Assembly: GCA_039545335.1 (NCBI GenBank)
Contig: BCIN01000006.1
Location: forward strand, 1,240,001-1,296,922
Source: Kondoa subrosea
Taxonomy: Eukaryota
Length of the DNA: 56,922 bases
Reading direction: 5' to 3'
Shown: positions 39,543 through 54,112 of the stretch, piece after piece
Layout of the letters: the number at the start of each line of letters is the position of its first letter
Numbering within the stretch: position 1 is the first letter of the stretch
Made by a program: the position numbers and the translations under genes
Notes under the pieces: generated by a model
Seen by the model: the letters and a program-made list of their open reading frames with translations, nothing else
The model's database searches: none
Told to the model about the DNA's origin: nothing

Positions 39543-41843
39543 CTATGCAATCGCTGCTTCTTGCTTCTTCAATCTTTGCTGTCTCTTGCGTTTCCATATC
39601 CCCTTTAAGCATCGGCGCATATCTTCCACCTGAAAGTTGTTCTGCAGAACAATCGGCGGGATTGCAATGATAGAGTAGTTGTACTTACTTGCGCAGTTTT
39701 CAATAACTTCTCAGTCTGTTCTTGGGTATACTCAAAATTCCAAGTTGACCAAATCTCTTCAACATTGTAATCCGCTTGTAAAGGTAAATAAATCAAAGCA
39801 GTTCCATTTCGTTCTATTGCTTCTCTCTCTAAATCGTCCTCACTGGTCAACCGAGTAGGTAAACTTTGATGTTCTTTCTTGGTAGATCCGATCCAGAAGT
39901 TCACTTTGCCTAAAAGTGGTTCCTTTTTTGATTTTGTGTCCGAAGAGAATTCTGTCTCGTTTATAGCTTCATTAGAGGTATTCTCTGCTTGTCTTTCTGC
40001 TTCTCCTAATTTCGCATCTGGTCCAGTCGGCTCTGAAGTGAAAAGACTTTCGGTCGCGATTTGAGGCCAGTGTGTCAGTCCTAGCCGGTCTGCCGTTTCT
40101 TGAGCTCTCTGGAACCAAAGTTCTTGAGAATCAGCCTGTTCGTATAACGATCAGGCAATTCCTGTTCAGCTGATACTGACCAAACTAACAGATGCATCTA
40201 ATGCTATCACGACATCGCAGTTTCGACGAAAGCTATGGAAGAAGTCAGCATCGGTATGTTGGCAAAAGACATCAAGGCGTACAGAGGTGTATAAGGAAGA
40301 TTGCAATAAGCACCAGCGTCCATCAAACTGAGTGTATCGTCTTCAGCCATACTTGGCGGACTACCCGATTTCAACTGCGATCCTTTGAAAGGGTTAGGAT
40401 AGCCAGATGGTGGAAATGGATGGATCTGAGACAAAGGATCTTCATACTGCTCTTGAAGGAAGCATTAAGCAAATAATGCTAGGTTAAAATGCAACGCACT
40501 GATGAAATCTTCCACGACCTGAGAATACGGAAGTGCTTTCAACAGCGGCTTAACCTCCATATAGTAATGCTGTAGAGTAGCACAGAAAGCTGAAGCGAAT
40601 ACACTGCGGATCTGTCAGTCTAGAACAGCTAATACAGCCTTGATCCTTACCCACTGAGTATAGTCAACGAGACTTCAGGAACACGCTCTCCGATCTCTTT
40701 GCCGGCTTCAAACTTGCGACCCAGAGCCCATACTGGAATCCATGCACCAGCTTCAGCACAACCAAGTTCAAAGGGAGTCATCTCGATCCATTGATAGCTA
40801 GTCTTCTTAAGTATCTCTTCAGCTTCTTCTTTCTCTTTTTGCATATCTTTCTTCTTGTTGGTAAATGAGAAGAGGGGAGTGGACTCGTTTGCTTTGGTAG
40901 TTGCCGTTAAACTTACTTTGGGTAAGTCATGCCTTATAGCTGAATAAATAGGCAAAGGCATTTGACCGTCTGCACAGAATTCTCGTTGATAAGAAAGCTT
41001 GAGGTCATCATTATTGAGTGCAGAAGAATCATGTGGTATGAACAGCCGAGAGCTGAGTAGCACTCCATAGACGTCGACGAGAGTGAGGTCATTCTGTTGA
41101 GGAGCAGAGAACTTGTTAATGATGCCAGAAAGAAGGTAGCGATTTGTAGGAGACTTTGTGAGAAGTTCAAGGGTCTCCGTATCGAAGAAATCCTTTTGTA
41201 TTCTAGAAGTGAAGTTGGTGGAAAGATGATCCAACTTGCCTTTCGATAAGCCATACAGCACGGACATCGGCCAGGTAGATCCTGAGATACCGGCAATGTA
41301 CGAAGTGATATCTAAAACACCAGTTTGTTTCGCTCCTAGTAGACATCCGATTGTATTGACGGCAGCGCGCATACCACCACCAGAGCAAGCGATACCAATA
41401 CTTGGAACATCTTCCGCCTGGACCTCGCTGGCCTCTACCCCAATGAATTTTGCGAAAGCTTTTCGTGTCTTCTGTTGTCTATTTCGTAGGAACGCCTTTT
41501 CCTGCACGCAAGTTTCGTCTCCTAGTCGGACAGATGCTTGCCAATCGAGCTCTGGATGTAATTCCTTGTCAAAACGATCTTTCTTTGCGACTTCGGAATA
41601 GAGTGAATCTTGATCTCTTGACAGTTCTGAGTATACTTTAGTCAACAACTCGTAATATTCGCCCAGAGAGGCATTTATTGCAGTCAGATGCGAAGGAAAA
41701 GAGAACGAGGGTAGAGAAATATCCGCCCAGGACTTGGGAGCTCTCTCTTCGCAGCGGATTGTTGAAGTGAAGGATCTTGCTGAATGATAGGCGACACTGA
41801 CAGCTGCCAGAGAGGACAGCTGACGCGTGGCAGCTCGCTTCAT
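39543..41843 (-). CDS. cPLA2/lysophospholipase (PLA2_B catalytic domain) family protein
   Basis: IACSGGGMRA oxyanion motif, GISGS nucleophile, LMDAG catalytic Asp, WIEMTPFELG. Confidence 0.85.
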
Positions 41844-42047
41844 TGGCGAGTCGCGTTGACTCGCTGTTGCTTAATAATACTGTAGTTGCGAAACGGAACG
41901 AGCGGTCTCATCTGTTTCTTAGCATGATCGTGATGATTTAATTAGCTGCTCTGGGATTGATCGCGATAGCATGCTCTCAGAACGATGCAAGAGCAGGTAC
42001 TCTAAAGTAATCCCATTTGCGTGCGAGATCACACTGCGAATTTTCGT

Positions 42048-42650
42048 TCACAGGTCTAGCTTCGGGCCTTTGTTGAGAATCGCAAGTAGCTCGACATCGA
42101 AGACAAGATCCTTTCAATGGCATTAGCAATTCGAACGGACAGCTGGATGTTGTGGAAGTCACTGCGTCTGGAGGGATTGCTGATCCTGCACCGCGCGACC
42201 CATAACCCAGATGAGAAGGGATCTTCAGCTTGCGCCTGCACTACAGTCAGCTAAGATGAAGACGAAATTTGATTGACTTACTTTTCGCCAACACACATGC
42301 CAAGTAGTCCTTGATCCCAGCCCTTCACAAGATCAGTTAGGTTCATTACGACACCAGACGAAAGCTCACTTTGATCACTTGTCCACTGCCCAAGACGAAT
42401 TCGAACGGCTTCTTGCCAACAGAGCTGTCGAATTGTTCACCTGTCGCGAGCTTTCCCGTGTAGTGCATTTGAAGCTTGTCTCCATTCGTCGAGGAGATTG
42501 GACAGCTCTCGGGCTTGTGCTTCAAACCTAAATCTCGATCAGAAAGCAGCGATATGGCAGGATGTATGACAGCATACCTATCTGTAGTTGTCCGCCTGCA
42601 ATCACGAGGGTTATGCAGGCCAGAAGCAGAGCGAATAGTGGAATTCGCAT
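42048..42650 (-). CDS. FPR2: ER FKBP-type peptidyl-prolyl isomerase (FKBP13/Fpr2-like)
   Basis: Signal peptide [48 protein letters not shown]-terminal KLDL. Confidence 0.88.
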
Positions 42651-42795
42651 ATTGGTCTTGGGAAAAGCGAATGTTTGTCCAGAGCAACGAGGTCACTTGA
42701 GTCTTCAATTTCTGGCCCACGTTGTCCTTCCTCGATCACAGTGCATCTATTGGCTGTCTGAAATCTCTTGTCCATTTTGTCAAACAAGACATCGC

Positions 42796-45196
42796 ATGCC
42801 AAATAACGAAGCTGAAGAATACAGCAGTACAGATACAGACAATCAACACGAAGCAGAGTCCTCATCTACTCAATATGGCTCACTACTTGCAACAGAACGT
42901 GCCGCCAGCAAATCATTGGCTGTGAAACCGCACAAAGACAGAACCACAATCAAATGGTTGCCTGAAGAATTGCTTCTACATGTCTTTGCTAATCTTTCAG
43001 CCGAGTCCCTCGCGGCTGTAGAACGAGTATGCAAACACTGGTTCATTTTGGCCAATTCAGAGCATGCTTGGAGAAACGCCTTTTTAACCTACTTCAACGC
43101 TGAAGGAGTTCCTGGACGTCGCTTAGATCAATCTAGCTGGAGAAGTGAATATATCCTCCGTACTCGGCTCCTGCAGTAAGCTAAGGTTGATGAATTCTAC
43201 CTCGATTACGACTCACTACCGCGATAATAGGCGATGGAAGAAAGCTCGATCTGCGCAGTTCACTGTCGACCTGAAGATCTCGCATTTGACAGATATGGCA
43301 ATTACAGCGAACAACGCCTCGATCGTTGCGTCAACTTTCAATGGCTTGGGCTATCACCGTACCCCTAATCAATTGGTTGGCTCTACGATAGGCAGAAGAT
43401 TCGATGGTTTTCCCAATCCTGTCTTGCCTGCAGATGAAGGCGATTCGGTCACCTGCGTAACGATTGCCCAAGGAGGTGTACCAATAGTGATCTGGGGCAT
43501 GAGGTCAGGTCACATACGAATGAACATTTTGGCTTCTGTCGGTCGACCGGAAAGTCAAAGTCTCGGAAGGCTTGATCGGGCTGTTAGTGCAATACATGCA
43601 GAAGATGGAAGATGTGCAGCCGTAGGAATGGATGGGATAGCTGTGGTTTGGGATCTGAAGAGCAAGAATGTGATATGGCGAATGGATGAATCGGACAGAA
43701 TACTCGATGAGGATAACTTGCCCGTTATCATTTCTAAGATTCTTCTGGCTTCAGACTACCTATATATATCCGGTCAAGGTCGAATCGTCAGATACCGCAT
43801 CAGTACTTCGACTCCTGATCAAGTTATCTCTGCATCGGGGTCGGAAGTGGAGCATCTGCATCAAGATTCACTTGGGCAGTCACTTTTGGTTCAGCGCGAT
43901 GGCCAGTCTTCTTTTTCCATCATTACGGTCTCTACCTTAGCTACAGTAACATATGAAACTCCTTCGGCATCGCCCATCACTGCTTTAGCTGTAGATTTCT
44001 CGCATGCACCCTCTGAGGCGTTTGGCTATTCTTCTTACGTAGTAGTTGGCTGTCAAGATGGTTCCGTCTCTATACACGACCTGTCTTCTTCTTCTGGTCC
44101 ACCTAGAATACTTCAATCAGACAACTACAAGATTACTTCCCTTGCCATTACGCCTTTACTCGTCTTTGTTGGATCACAAAGCGGGACTATAGCAGCTTTA
44201 GATCCTCTTTCCTTAGCTTGTATCCGACATTTGAACGTATCTGCACCAAGACATGCGCTGAGAGCTTTGGCGGCTGGGACCATGGATGAGAGAAGATGGA
44301 AAGTAAGCAATTTGGCGGTTGATAGAGATTGCACCAGTGTTTTGGCTGGGATTGGGGACCGATTGTTTAGCTTTACCTGTTTGGAAGCGACTCAGGCGAG
44401 AAGTAAGAGTAAGTCTGTTTCGATTGACATCTGAGCTTCTAGAGGACAAGTGCTGATGTTGTCCGAACAGAAAGGGGAATGCGAGCTCGAGTATCGAATC
44501 GATCCGAAAGATATTTAGGTCAGTCAAGACATGCGTGTCTCTTGTACATTCACTTATCAGCTGTATGCAGATGATCTCGAGCAGCGCGACGATGTGTACG
44601 AATCACAGCAAGACTTGCGGGAAGAGGCGAGCTTTACCCAGCATACTCAGTCGCTGCGCAATCATAATGTGGATGGCTTGAATGAACAAGAAGCGCTATC
44701 CCTGGCTTTCATGCTCAGTCGAGAAGCGGCTGAATTCCAAATCTACGACACAGATGTATTACAACGTATCGACGATCTGGAACTGACCGCTGAAGAGGAA
44801 GCTATGATTAACGAATCAAGCGTATCCCCTTCTTTGGGCTCGCCTATACAATCTGCCATACAGTTGTCGTCTTCTCTTGATCCTGAACCAGACGTAAAAT
44901 GGCCTCTCCCATCTCCGTCAAGGTCACCTTATCAGGTGAATGCCTTTCCTGCAACGAGCCCCCCTTCGAGCACGCCCATCATTACCAAAGGTTGGTCTGC
45001 CATAGTACGCAGCTCTCCGTCGCCTTCCGCTACACCTCGAAAAGCTGCTCCTACACCATCACTCTTGTCTGCTCAGATTCACAAAACACAAGCGCGACAA
45101 TTATCAAAGGAGTCCGACGAAATGGATGACGATTTGAGATTCGCATTAGAGTTGAGTTTGGCGGAAGAAAGATCCAGACTCGAGCATAATGCATGA
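42796..45196 (+). CDS. F-box / WD40-like protein with two UIM-like motifs
   Basis: F-box LPEELLLHVFANL...VCKHW; beta-propeller-like strands; EQEALSLAFMLSRE and DDDLRFALELSLAE. Confidence 0.82.
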
Positions 45197-45236
45197 TCGC
45201 TGGCCTGGCTTACTCTTCTACATCGCTTGACTGTGC

Positions 45237-46715
45237 CTATACACCAATGCAGGAAATTCTCTGTGTGTGTTTTTTCGCCGTGAGGCTAAGATGTACGCAG
45301 CATATCACACAGGATCTACGCAGAAACCATGAGCCTGGTACACTGGAAGCGAGGCAATACTGACGCGTTGTGCCTTGCTTCAGTCTCATGACGTCTGCTA
45401 CCAAATACAAACTACCCGAGACGACTACGATCTGCTCCGGATCCGATTGCAAAAGTTGTCTTGCGATGTCCATTGCTTCACTAAGGTTTTCCGCTTGCAA
45501 ACACTGGTCTTTGGACACACCACATGCTTGAGCAGCTTCAATGATTTTTTGTGGGTCGGTCGGCGACACCCAAGGCATGTCTTCTACAGGAGTCGAGAAT
45601 GTCGTTGCAATCAATCGTGCTGAGCTTGTATTTCGGCCCAAGAGAGGTTCGAGCAAAGACTTTGGATCTCGAGGCGAAGAAGTAGCGACTATATAAATGT
45701 ATTCTTGAGTTGGATCATTAGAGTAGCAGTCCAGGTATTCTCGTAGTGCACGTGCTGAAGAAGCGTTATGAGCGCCATCTGCCAACAGCTGAAGTTTCTG
45801 ATTGGGTCCAATTGGGATGCGAAGCCATTCTATGCGACCTGGCCATTTCGTTTGCTCTATACCGTCAATGATCGCTCCGGTGTTGATCAGAGTGAATTGA
45901 GGGACACGCTGACGACAGCAGGGAAGAGCATGTAAAAGGTAGGCCGCGAGCACTGCTGTTGCGCTGTTGTCTAATTGATATGCGCCTTGTAAAGGTAGTT
46001 TTGCTGCAATATGCTTCTGATGTCGCATTGAACTTGAACAATCTTTTCCTTCCGGAAGGAAGAAGAGAGCTCGACCAGCTCGTGTACTCGCTGAAGTGGC
46101 TTGGTAAAAGGTAGCGGAACTCCTTTGAGCCTCTTCTTCGACTACTCTTGTTACTTCTGAATGTCTCTGTGGAGCCAAGATACAGGTCGAGCCTTTCTTA
46201 ATGATGCCTGATTTGACAGAAGCGATTTCTTCCAGAGTCTCGCCCAAGAAAGCTTGATGATCCAATTCAATAGCAGTCAAGATAGTGAGCAGCGGGTCAG
46301 AGACCACATTGGTTGCGTCATCTCTTCCTCCCATTCCTGTCTCTACTATAGCGCAATCCAACACTGGATCTGACTTTGCGAAAGCTTCATAGGCTGTTGC
46401 CGTTAGGATTTCGAACGGTGTTGCTTCTATCTTGAATTGACTATTGATCATCTCCACTCGCTGCTTGTGCTGAAGATACAGAGAAAGGGGAATAGCCTTG
46501 TTACAGATAGAAATAGAATCGTTGACTGTCACCAAATGAGGTGAATTGAAGCGGCCAATTGATAGTCCAGCTTGTGTTAGAATGGAATCCAGATAAGCGC
46601 AGACTGAGCCTTTGCCATTGGTCCCGGCAACATGAATTATCGGCACTTTCAGATGAGGTGATGCGAGGTGTTGCAGCAAGAGTTTGATCCTCGCCAGTCC
46701 CAGAGAAATTGTCAT
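45237..46715 (-). CDS. FOL3: Dihydrofolate synthase / folylpolyglutamate synthase (FolC family, Fol3-like)
   Basis: IHVAGTNGKGS, FNSPHL, VETGMGGRDDATNV, WPGR, DGAHN, VSGSLYLVAD; 3' end may be spliced. Confidence 0.85.
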   Translation of the reverse strand: MTISLGLARIKLLLQHLASPHLKVPIIHVAGTNGKGSVCAYLDSILTQAGLSIGRFNSPHLVTVNDSISICNKAIPLSLYLQHKQRVEMINSQFKIEATPFEILTATAYEAFAKSDPVLDCAIVETGMGGRDDATNVVSDPLLTILTAIELDHQAFLGETLEEIASVKSGIIKKGSTCILAPQRHSEVTRVVEEEAQRSSATFYQATSASTRAGRALFFLPEGKDCSSSMRHQKHIAAKLPLQGAYQLDNSATAVLAAYLLHALPCCRQRVPQFTLINTGAIIDGIEQTKWPGRIEWLRIPIGPNQKLQLLADGAHNASSARALREYLDCYSNDPTQEYIYIVATSSPRDPKSLLEPLLGRNTSSARLIATTFSTPVEDMPWVSPTDPQKIIEAAQACGVSKDQCLQAENLSEAMDIARQLLQSDPEQIVVVSGSLYLVADVMRLKQGTTRQYCLASSVPGSWFLRRSCVICCVHLSLTAKKHTQRISCIGV

Positions 46716-47077
46716 GTCCTTCAAATGGCGCAGGACATGGGTCGCATAATAAGCCTGGTTGGGAGGTAATCTCAAAATCTTAGTAATTCGATCAGGGCTA
46801 AGAACAAGAATGTCTTTGGCATCAAGTCCATATTTTAGCGGTTCTCAATGCATCCCAAGTGTGTAATACATTCTGTAGCCTGCTGCAATATCGAATAGGT
46901 GATTCTCACAGAACACTACGGAGCCGCAGATGGAACGACAGTCGTATCGTGCTACAAACCCATAACACAACGTATAAGAGACTGAGAGTATGATAGATAG
47001 AGGTCCAGTTATCGGAACAGAAGCGGAGGGACCAAAAACTTGAGTCGTACTTGATTGACATGTGCTTTCATGCTTTT

Positions 47078-47571
47078 TTACTTGTTTTGAGCCTGTGCAG
47101 CCCTGTTCACTCCTTCCCCTCCAGGTCCTCCTGCTGGTCCAACAATTCCGCTGATGATATCTCCCTGTTTTCCAGTGAGTTGTTTGTCCAACAGCGATTC
47201 GGCGAAAGGCATACCTTCACAGATTGAGGCTTATTCCCATTTCCAGGGCTCTGAGCTGTTGAGCCCTGTCTCTCGCCAATATAAGACGTCGAAGTGGCCA
47301 CGCTGGAAGTGCAGCAAATCAGCAAACATCGCCTTTAGCTCAGCGTAGATCACGGACGATCGATAGCCTAGGTATGCAGCGCCAATGACGGCAGCACCTA
47401 AAACATAACCTGTAGCAAGCCGTAAGCCTGATTCGAGCAGAGAATGACCAGGTACTGACGAGCAACACCGTTCTCCTGTCTCGGTGAACTTCCCTCTGTC
47501 GCGTAGTTGCGGAAAGCAGATCGGGAGCTGACTCTGTTAATCCTGAAAGATGTCAAAGCGATTTGAAGCAT
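47078..47571 (-). CDS. Small putative mitochondrial single-pass membrane protein (about 112 aa, 4 exons)
   Basis: MLQIALTSFRINRVSSRSAFRNYATE presequence, TM YVLGAAVIGAAYLGY, Gly-rich tail; GT-AG introns join in frame. Confidence 0.65.
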
Positions 47572-47809
47572 GCCTGATGTCTGGACTGGTTGATTGTGAT
47601 GATCTAAAATCGACCAGGGTCATTCATGATCCAAACGCTTATGTAAGCGACATCTGTGCAGACCTTGACTCGCATCGCACACGAATACTATCTCCTTGCA
47701 CTACTCTACCGATAGAGGGTTCCTTCGTGCCAGCATCAAAGTTTAGTAAAGAAATAATAAATTACAATCAGCTCAATTTCGACCAATTCAGCGCTGGCCG
47801 GCATACAAG

Positions 47810-50800
47810 ATGTGGTCCCGCTTGGCGGGGTTCGATTGGGACGAGACAAGCATTCTGGCCTTCGATAAATTGATCCCCCTTGGAATCCTTTGTTCCAGCA
47901 CGACTGATGTCTTTTCAAGCGACATTCTTAGTCTTACCTTGACCAGTATACCTCTACCTCTGCCTTGGCCAACAGTCGTATCCGACCTCAACTTGCTGCT
48001 CAAAGAGAGACGCATTCGAGCTCGGCATGAAGTGTGCAAGAACTCCGCTGACTCTATTGCTCTGTGTCTTTACTTGATTCCTCAAGATTTGCACGATTTT
48101 AAGAGTCGCGTCAAGCACAATCAGCATCAAAATGGCTCATTCCCAACTGGGAAATGCAGGAATGCAATGCTCAACCTCCTTAACTATATCCAGGTTGATG
48201 GTCAACCGCTTCTTCATCAGAACCTGACGAAGGTCTATTCCTGATCGCTCTAATGTAATGTCAATTACGCTGAGCAGAATCTGTTCAGGACTCTTTGTTT
48301 GATTGCTGGAAAACAGCTATCCAGCCAACATGTGCGCGCTGTTTCTCAAGCATCTCAATTGCAACCACGCCCTGACATTGTAACCATAGCGATAAGGGAG
48401 GAAGACTTCGCGTTGTGCCGTCCAGATATAGCCTGCACTATTAAAGCCATCCAAGATGCTAACGGACCAATGGAGCACAAGCTGAAATCGGATCCTTTGT
48501 CATATCAAAGATCCAACGCAGCTAGAATGGTTTTCCGCGAAAATCTCTCCATCCGTGGTCCAGATGTCACCTTTTCGCCCTTTCGAGGGCCACAAGCGGG
48601 CTCTGGAGGTCTCGGTCTATTTTACATGAACGCCGACTTTGAAGTCATCAACGAGGTTGCTACATACGGTTGGTGACTTCTTCTTCAATGTGAGTAGTAA
48701 GGTTCACATAATATATAGCTCTGCCTCTAGGTGGAATACTCAGCAATGGTCCTGGCACTGGCAAGAGCTTTTCCGCAATCCTATCCGTGATCGGGACGCA
48801 AGGCATACACGCCAGGGTACCACATTCACTCTCTTTTGGAGTCAAGCCGGTCATTCGAGTCAATGTACCTTTTTCTTCTGCCATTCGTTTGAAGGTGTTT
48901 ACCGCAAGTAAGATTAACATACCTGCCTCAAATTCAGACCAAATGGTCCGCATAAGTCCTGGTAGTCTGACAGAATGCTGCTTGCGAGTTGCTGCCCAGT
49001 ACTCGGCTCAACCTCCGCGCTCCCAATTTGAAGAACCAGCCATGAACGCACTAAGGAGGGCAACTCTGCACTATAATTCTCCCAATGCCGAAGAAGTCAA
49101 CAAATTCATCCTACAAGCACGTCAGCGTAACACAAGAGGTGCAAACAATATAAGCCCTGGCGAGGCTGCTGATTTGCCAACATCTTCCGTGCAGCTGACA
49201 AAAACCAGTTTATTTGTCATTCCCGAAACTCTTCTGAAAAGTGGACAATGGGAATCTGAGCTACACAAGCATCTCAAGACTGCTGTGTCTAGGCTTCCCG
49301 AAGAAGACGAAGAAGCAACAACTTCTGGAAGTAGTTCAGCACAGCTCACTGCGCAAAAGTCGGTTGACTGTCAAGAACCACTCAGATATCTCATCCTACT
49401 TGCGAAGTCCAAAATTCCTTCAGCCTCGATTCTCGCGAAATATGACTTGGTGTTGATATCACAAAATCTTTTCGGACGACAGTCTGGCACTTCTGAATTG
49501 CTTAAGATTCATTTTGTTCGCTTGGTGATCGATGAAGGTCATTTCGTTGCTTCGAGAAGTAAGCAAACGGACTTCGCTACAAAGGTTCTGGCTCAAGCTC
49601 GCTGGATCATCTCTGCTACGCCTACTACCAATTTAAATCACACAGAGAAGACAGCCGGAAACGAACGCATCACTGCTCCACCTAGCCCACGCGGATATGA
49701 GGGCATCAACAAGGATGCTGAAAACGATCTCGAGAGATTAGCCAACATAGTCGCTTGTTTACAGCTTGAACCCTTCTGCAAAGACAGCTCAAGCTTCAAG
49801 CAGGGTATTACATTGGGCTTCTTGGATGGGTGGCACTCGGACAAGCTGCAAAGGTATGTCTCGTTTGGTTAGTCTAATCTGGGTGTTTACCTTCTCTTCC
49901 CAGGTTGATGCATCAAATCGTCCTGCGCAACGACCCAAAACTGATCAAGGAGGAGATGAGGCTTCCGGAACCCATCATCGAAGTAGTCTCTATCAAGATG
50001 GCTCTCTTCGATCGTCTATCTTATTGTGCTCTTTTGGGACTCTTTCTTCACAATAGAATCACTTCGCAGGAAGAAGATCGAGATTTCATGTTCTCGAAAG
50101 GCAATGCTCGCATGCGCGCCGAACTATTCACTAACTTGAGGCCGGCTCAATCTCAAGTTCTGCTGCGCAACTTGCTGATTTGCTTTGATTCTTCAGGGAT
50201 GCACATGTATTCTTGGGAAGATCAGAATTCGTCGAGCGAGTACATTCGGCTGATGGATACCTGACCGAAGAGCTAAAAAAAGAGACTGCTACTGCCAAGT
50301 ACACTGAGAAGCAAATGTTGCAGCTGCGGGAAGTCCAGAAGCATTTCAAATTAGCGCTATCGTGTAAAGAATGGGTGCACGCCGCGAAAAGCCAGGATCT
50401 ATGTTACATACTAGCGCAAGAACCTGCCTTCATTTCCGAAGTTTGGTCGATTGGGGCAGTCCACAACAAAGGGTTCATGCCAGAGCCGGGCCTCACTTTC
50501 ATGTATGGCGATAGTATTGGATCTATCAATTATAGGCTTCAATGTATACAAAAGCGCCAGCCTGGTCGAATGCTCAATGACGAGGAAGTAGAAGAGGGCA
50601 TTCGCGGAGCTGGGAGAATACATGCAGAGGAAGCTATTGCAGACAACAGCGCTTCCAAGCTCGTCTCATTCAAAGATAATCAAGACAGTCCAGCTGCCAA
50701 AGGCAAGACTATCGCGACCAAAGCCACAAAAGCTACGAAACGCTCAAAGCAAGCCCGAGCTGGATTTTCACCGGCAATGTACAACGAGCTAAACAATGTT

Positions 50801-51895
50801 GAAGTTAACGCAACCTCCTCTGCGCTAGTCAATTGGCTTGTAAACGAAATTCTTTCAAGTCCCGCTGATCGTTTTCTCATCTTCTCTGAATCGTCCTTTA
50901 CGCGGTATATGCTGTCTTGGGCATTCACCATAGCTCGAATCAATCATATCGCTTCGAGTGATACACTCTCTCCAAAAGACTACGCGCGCTTTAAATCTGG
51001 GGTTGGGCAGGTGATGGTAATCGACCCTCAGCAGGGTGGCAGAGGTCTTGATCTCAAAGAAGCCAATCGAATCATTTTCGTTGAACCACTCTGGCGAAGC
51101 GACCTACAGCACCAAGCAGAGTTGCGAAGTCACAGAATTGGGCAAAAGAAGCAAGTCAAAATTCAGATTCTCGTTATGGAGCACAGCTTTCACGAGAAGC
51201 GTATGCCCAGTCCTTGATCTTTCTGGACTACTGTGCTAATAAGACATCTAGTGCTCCAACGTCGCGACGAAGTGGTTGCAGCGACAGGCAGCGAAGTCTC
51301 GTCTGCAGTCTCTGACGACATAACTCTATACGAACATCTCAACCAGCTCAATTTCATCGAAGGCCCTCCTGATGAGGATCTCACAACACCTGAAGGGGTT
51401 CTTCGCGCTTTCTGTCGGAACGGAAGCGAATTCCACAATCCTGTAAAACTCTTCTTCGATTTAGGAGACCTGCCCACAAACGACGAGCTCAAAGTGTCTT
51501 GGGAGTTCCAAGGTCTTGCTCAAGAACAAGAACAAGACTTGTTCTCACAAGATCAGCACCAATCTGTCAAAGTCGAACCTGTGGACGTGAACGAATTGTA
51601 TTCTCCTTCAAGTTCCGATCCCTTGTTTTCTTCTTCTCCTACTCATTCTAGAAACGATACGCCTCTAACCGACATACTTAGCGGAAGTGAAGATACGGTC
51701 ATGGCAGATGCGTTGATCCAACTCTCTTCAGCGACGCGAGGCCGAATCAATTTTGGGCAGGGTCAACGTCAAAGAGCTGTCAAGATAGAAGAAGATCAAG
51801 AGCTGGCTTCTGCAAGCAGCTTAAAGCGTACAGTCGAGGGGGACGATCCCGCCAAGACCAGGAAACGGGTGAAAACAGTCGGATTCGCAGTGTAG
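47810..51895 (+). CDS. SNF2-family (Rad5/Rad16/Irc20-like) ATPase
   Basis: GGILSNGPGTGKS (motif I), RLVIDEGH (II), RWIISATPT (III), GGRGLDL (V), QAELRSHRIGQ (VI); spliced. Confidence 0.82.
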
Positions 51896-52045
51896 GAGTG
51901 TATGCAGGTTTTCCGATGTATCATTATGTCTTGTATGAATACTGCTGTAACTAGATTTGTCGTTCGTGCATCCTATTTTGTCCGCCGTTTCGTGACTTGT
52001 CGAAGACTTGAAGTTAGAACTTGTCCTCATTCAACGATCATCATC

Positions 52046-54035
<1,990 letters not shown>

Positions 54036-54112
54036 ATGAATTCTCATTGCACACCTTTGTATTCTTTCTTTGGGCTATTATCCATGGTCAGCATTGCATT
54101 GATTTGATTGAC

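Noticed and set aside
46946..46971. G-U-rich hairpin on the - strand between the 47078 gene and FOL3
   Set aside because: About half the pairs are wobble and it matches no RNA family I recognise.
47810..51895. SNF2 gene as a pseudogene, or stop-codon readthrough / altered genetic code
   Set aside because: The frame breaks I checked are bridged by ordinary short GT-AG introns, and CTG encodes conserved Leu in RPT1 and RPN11.
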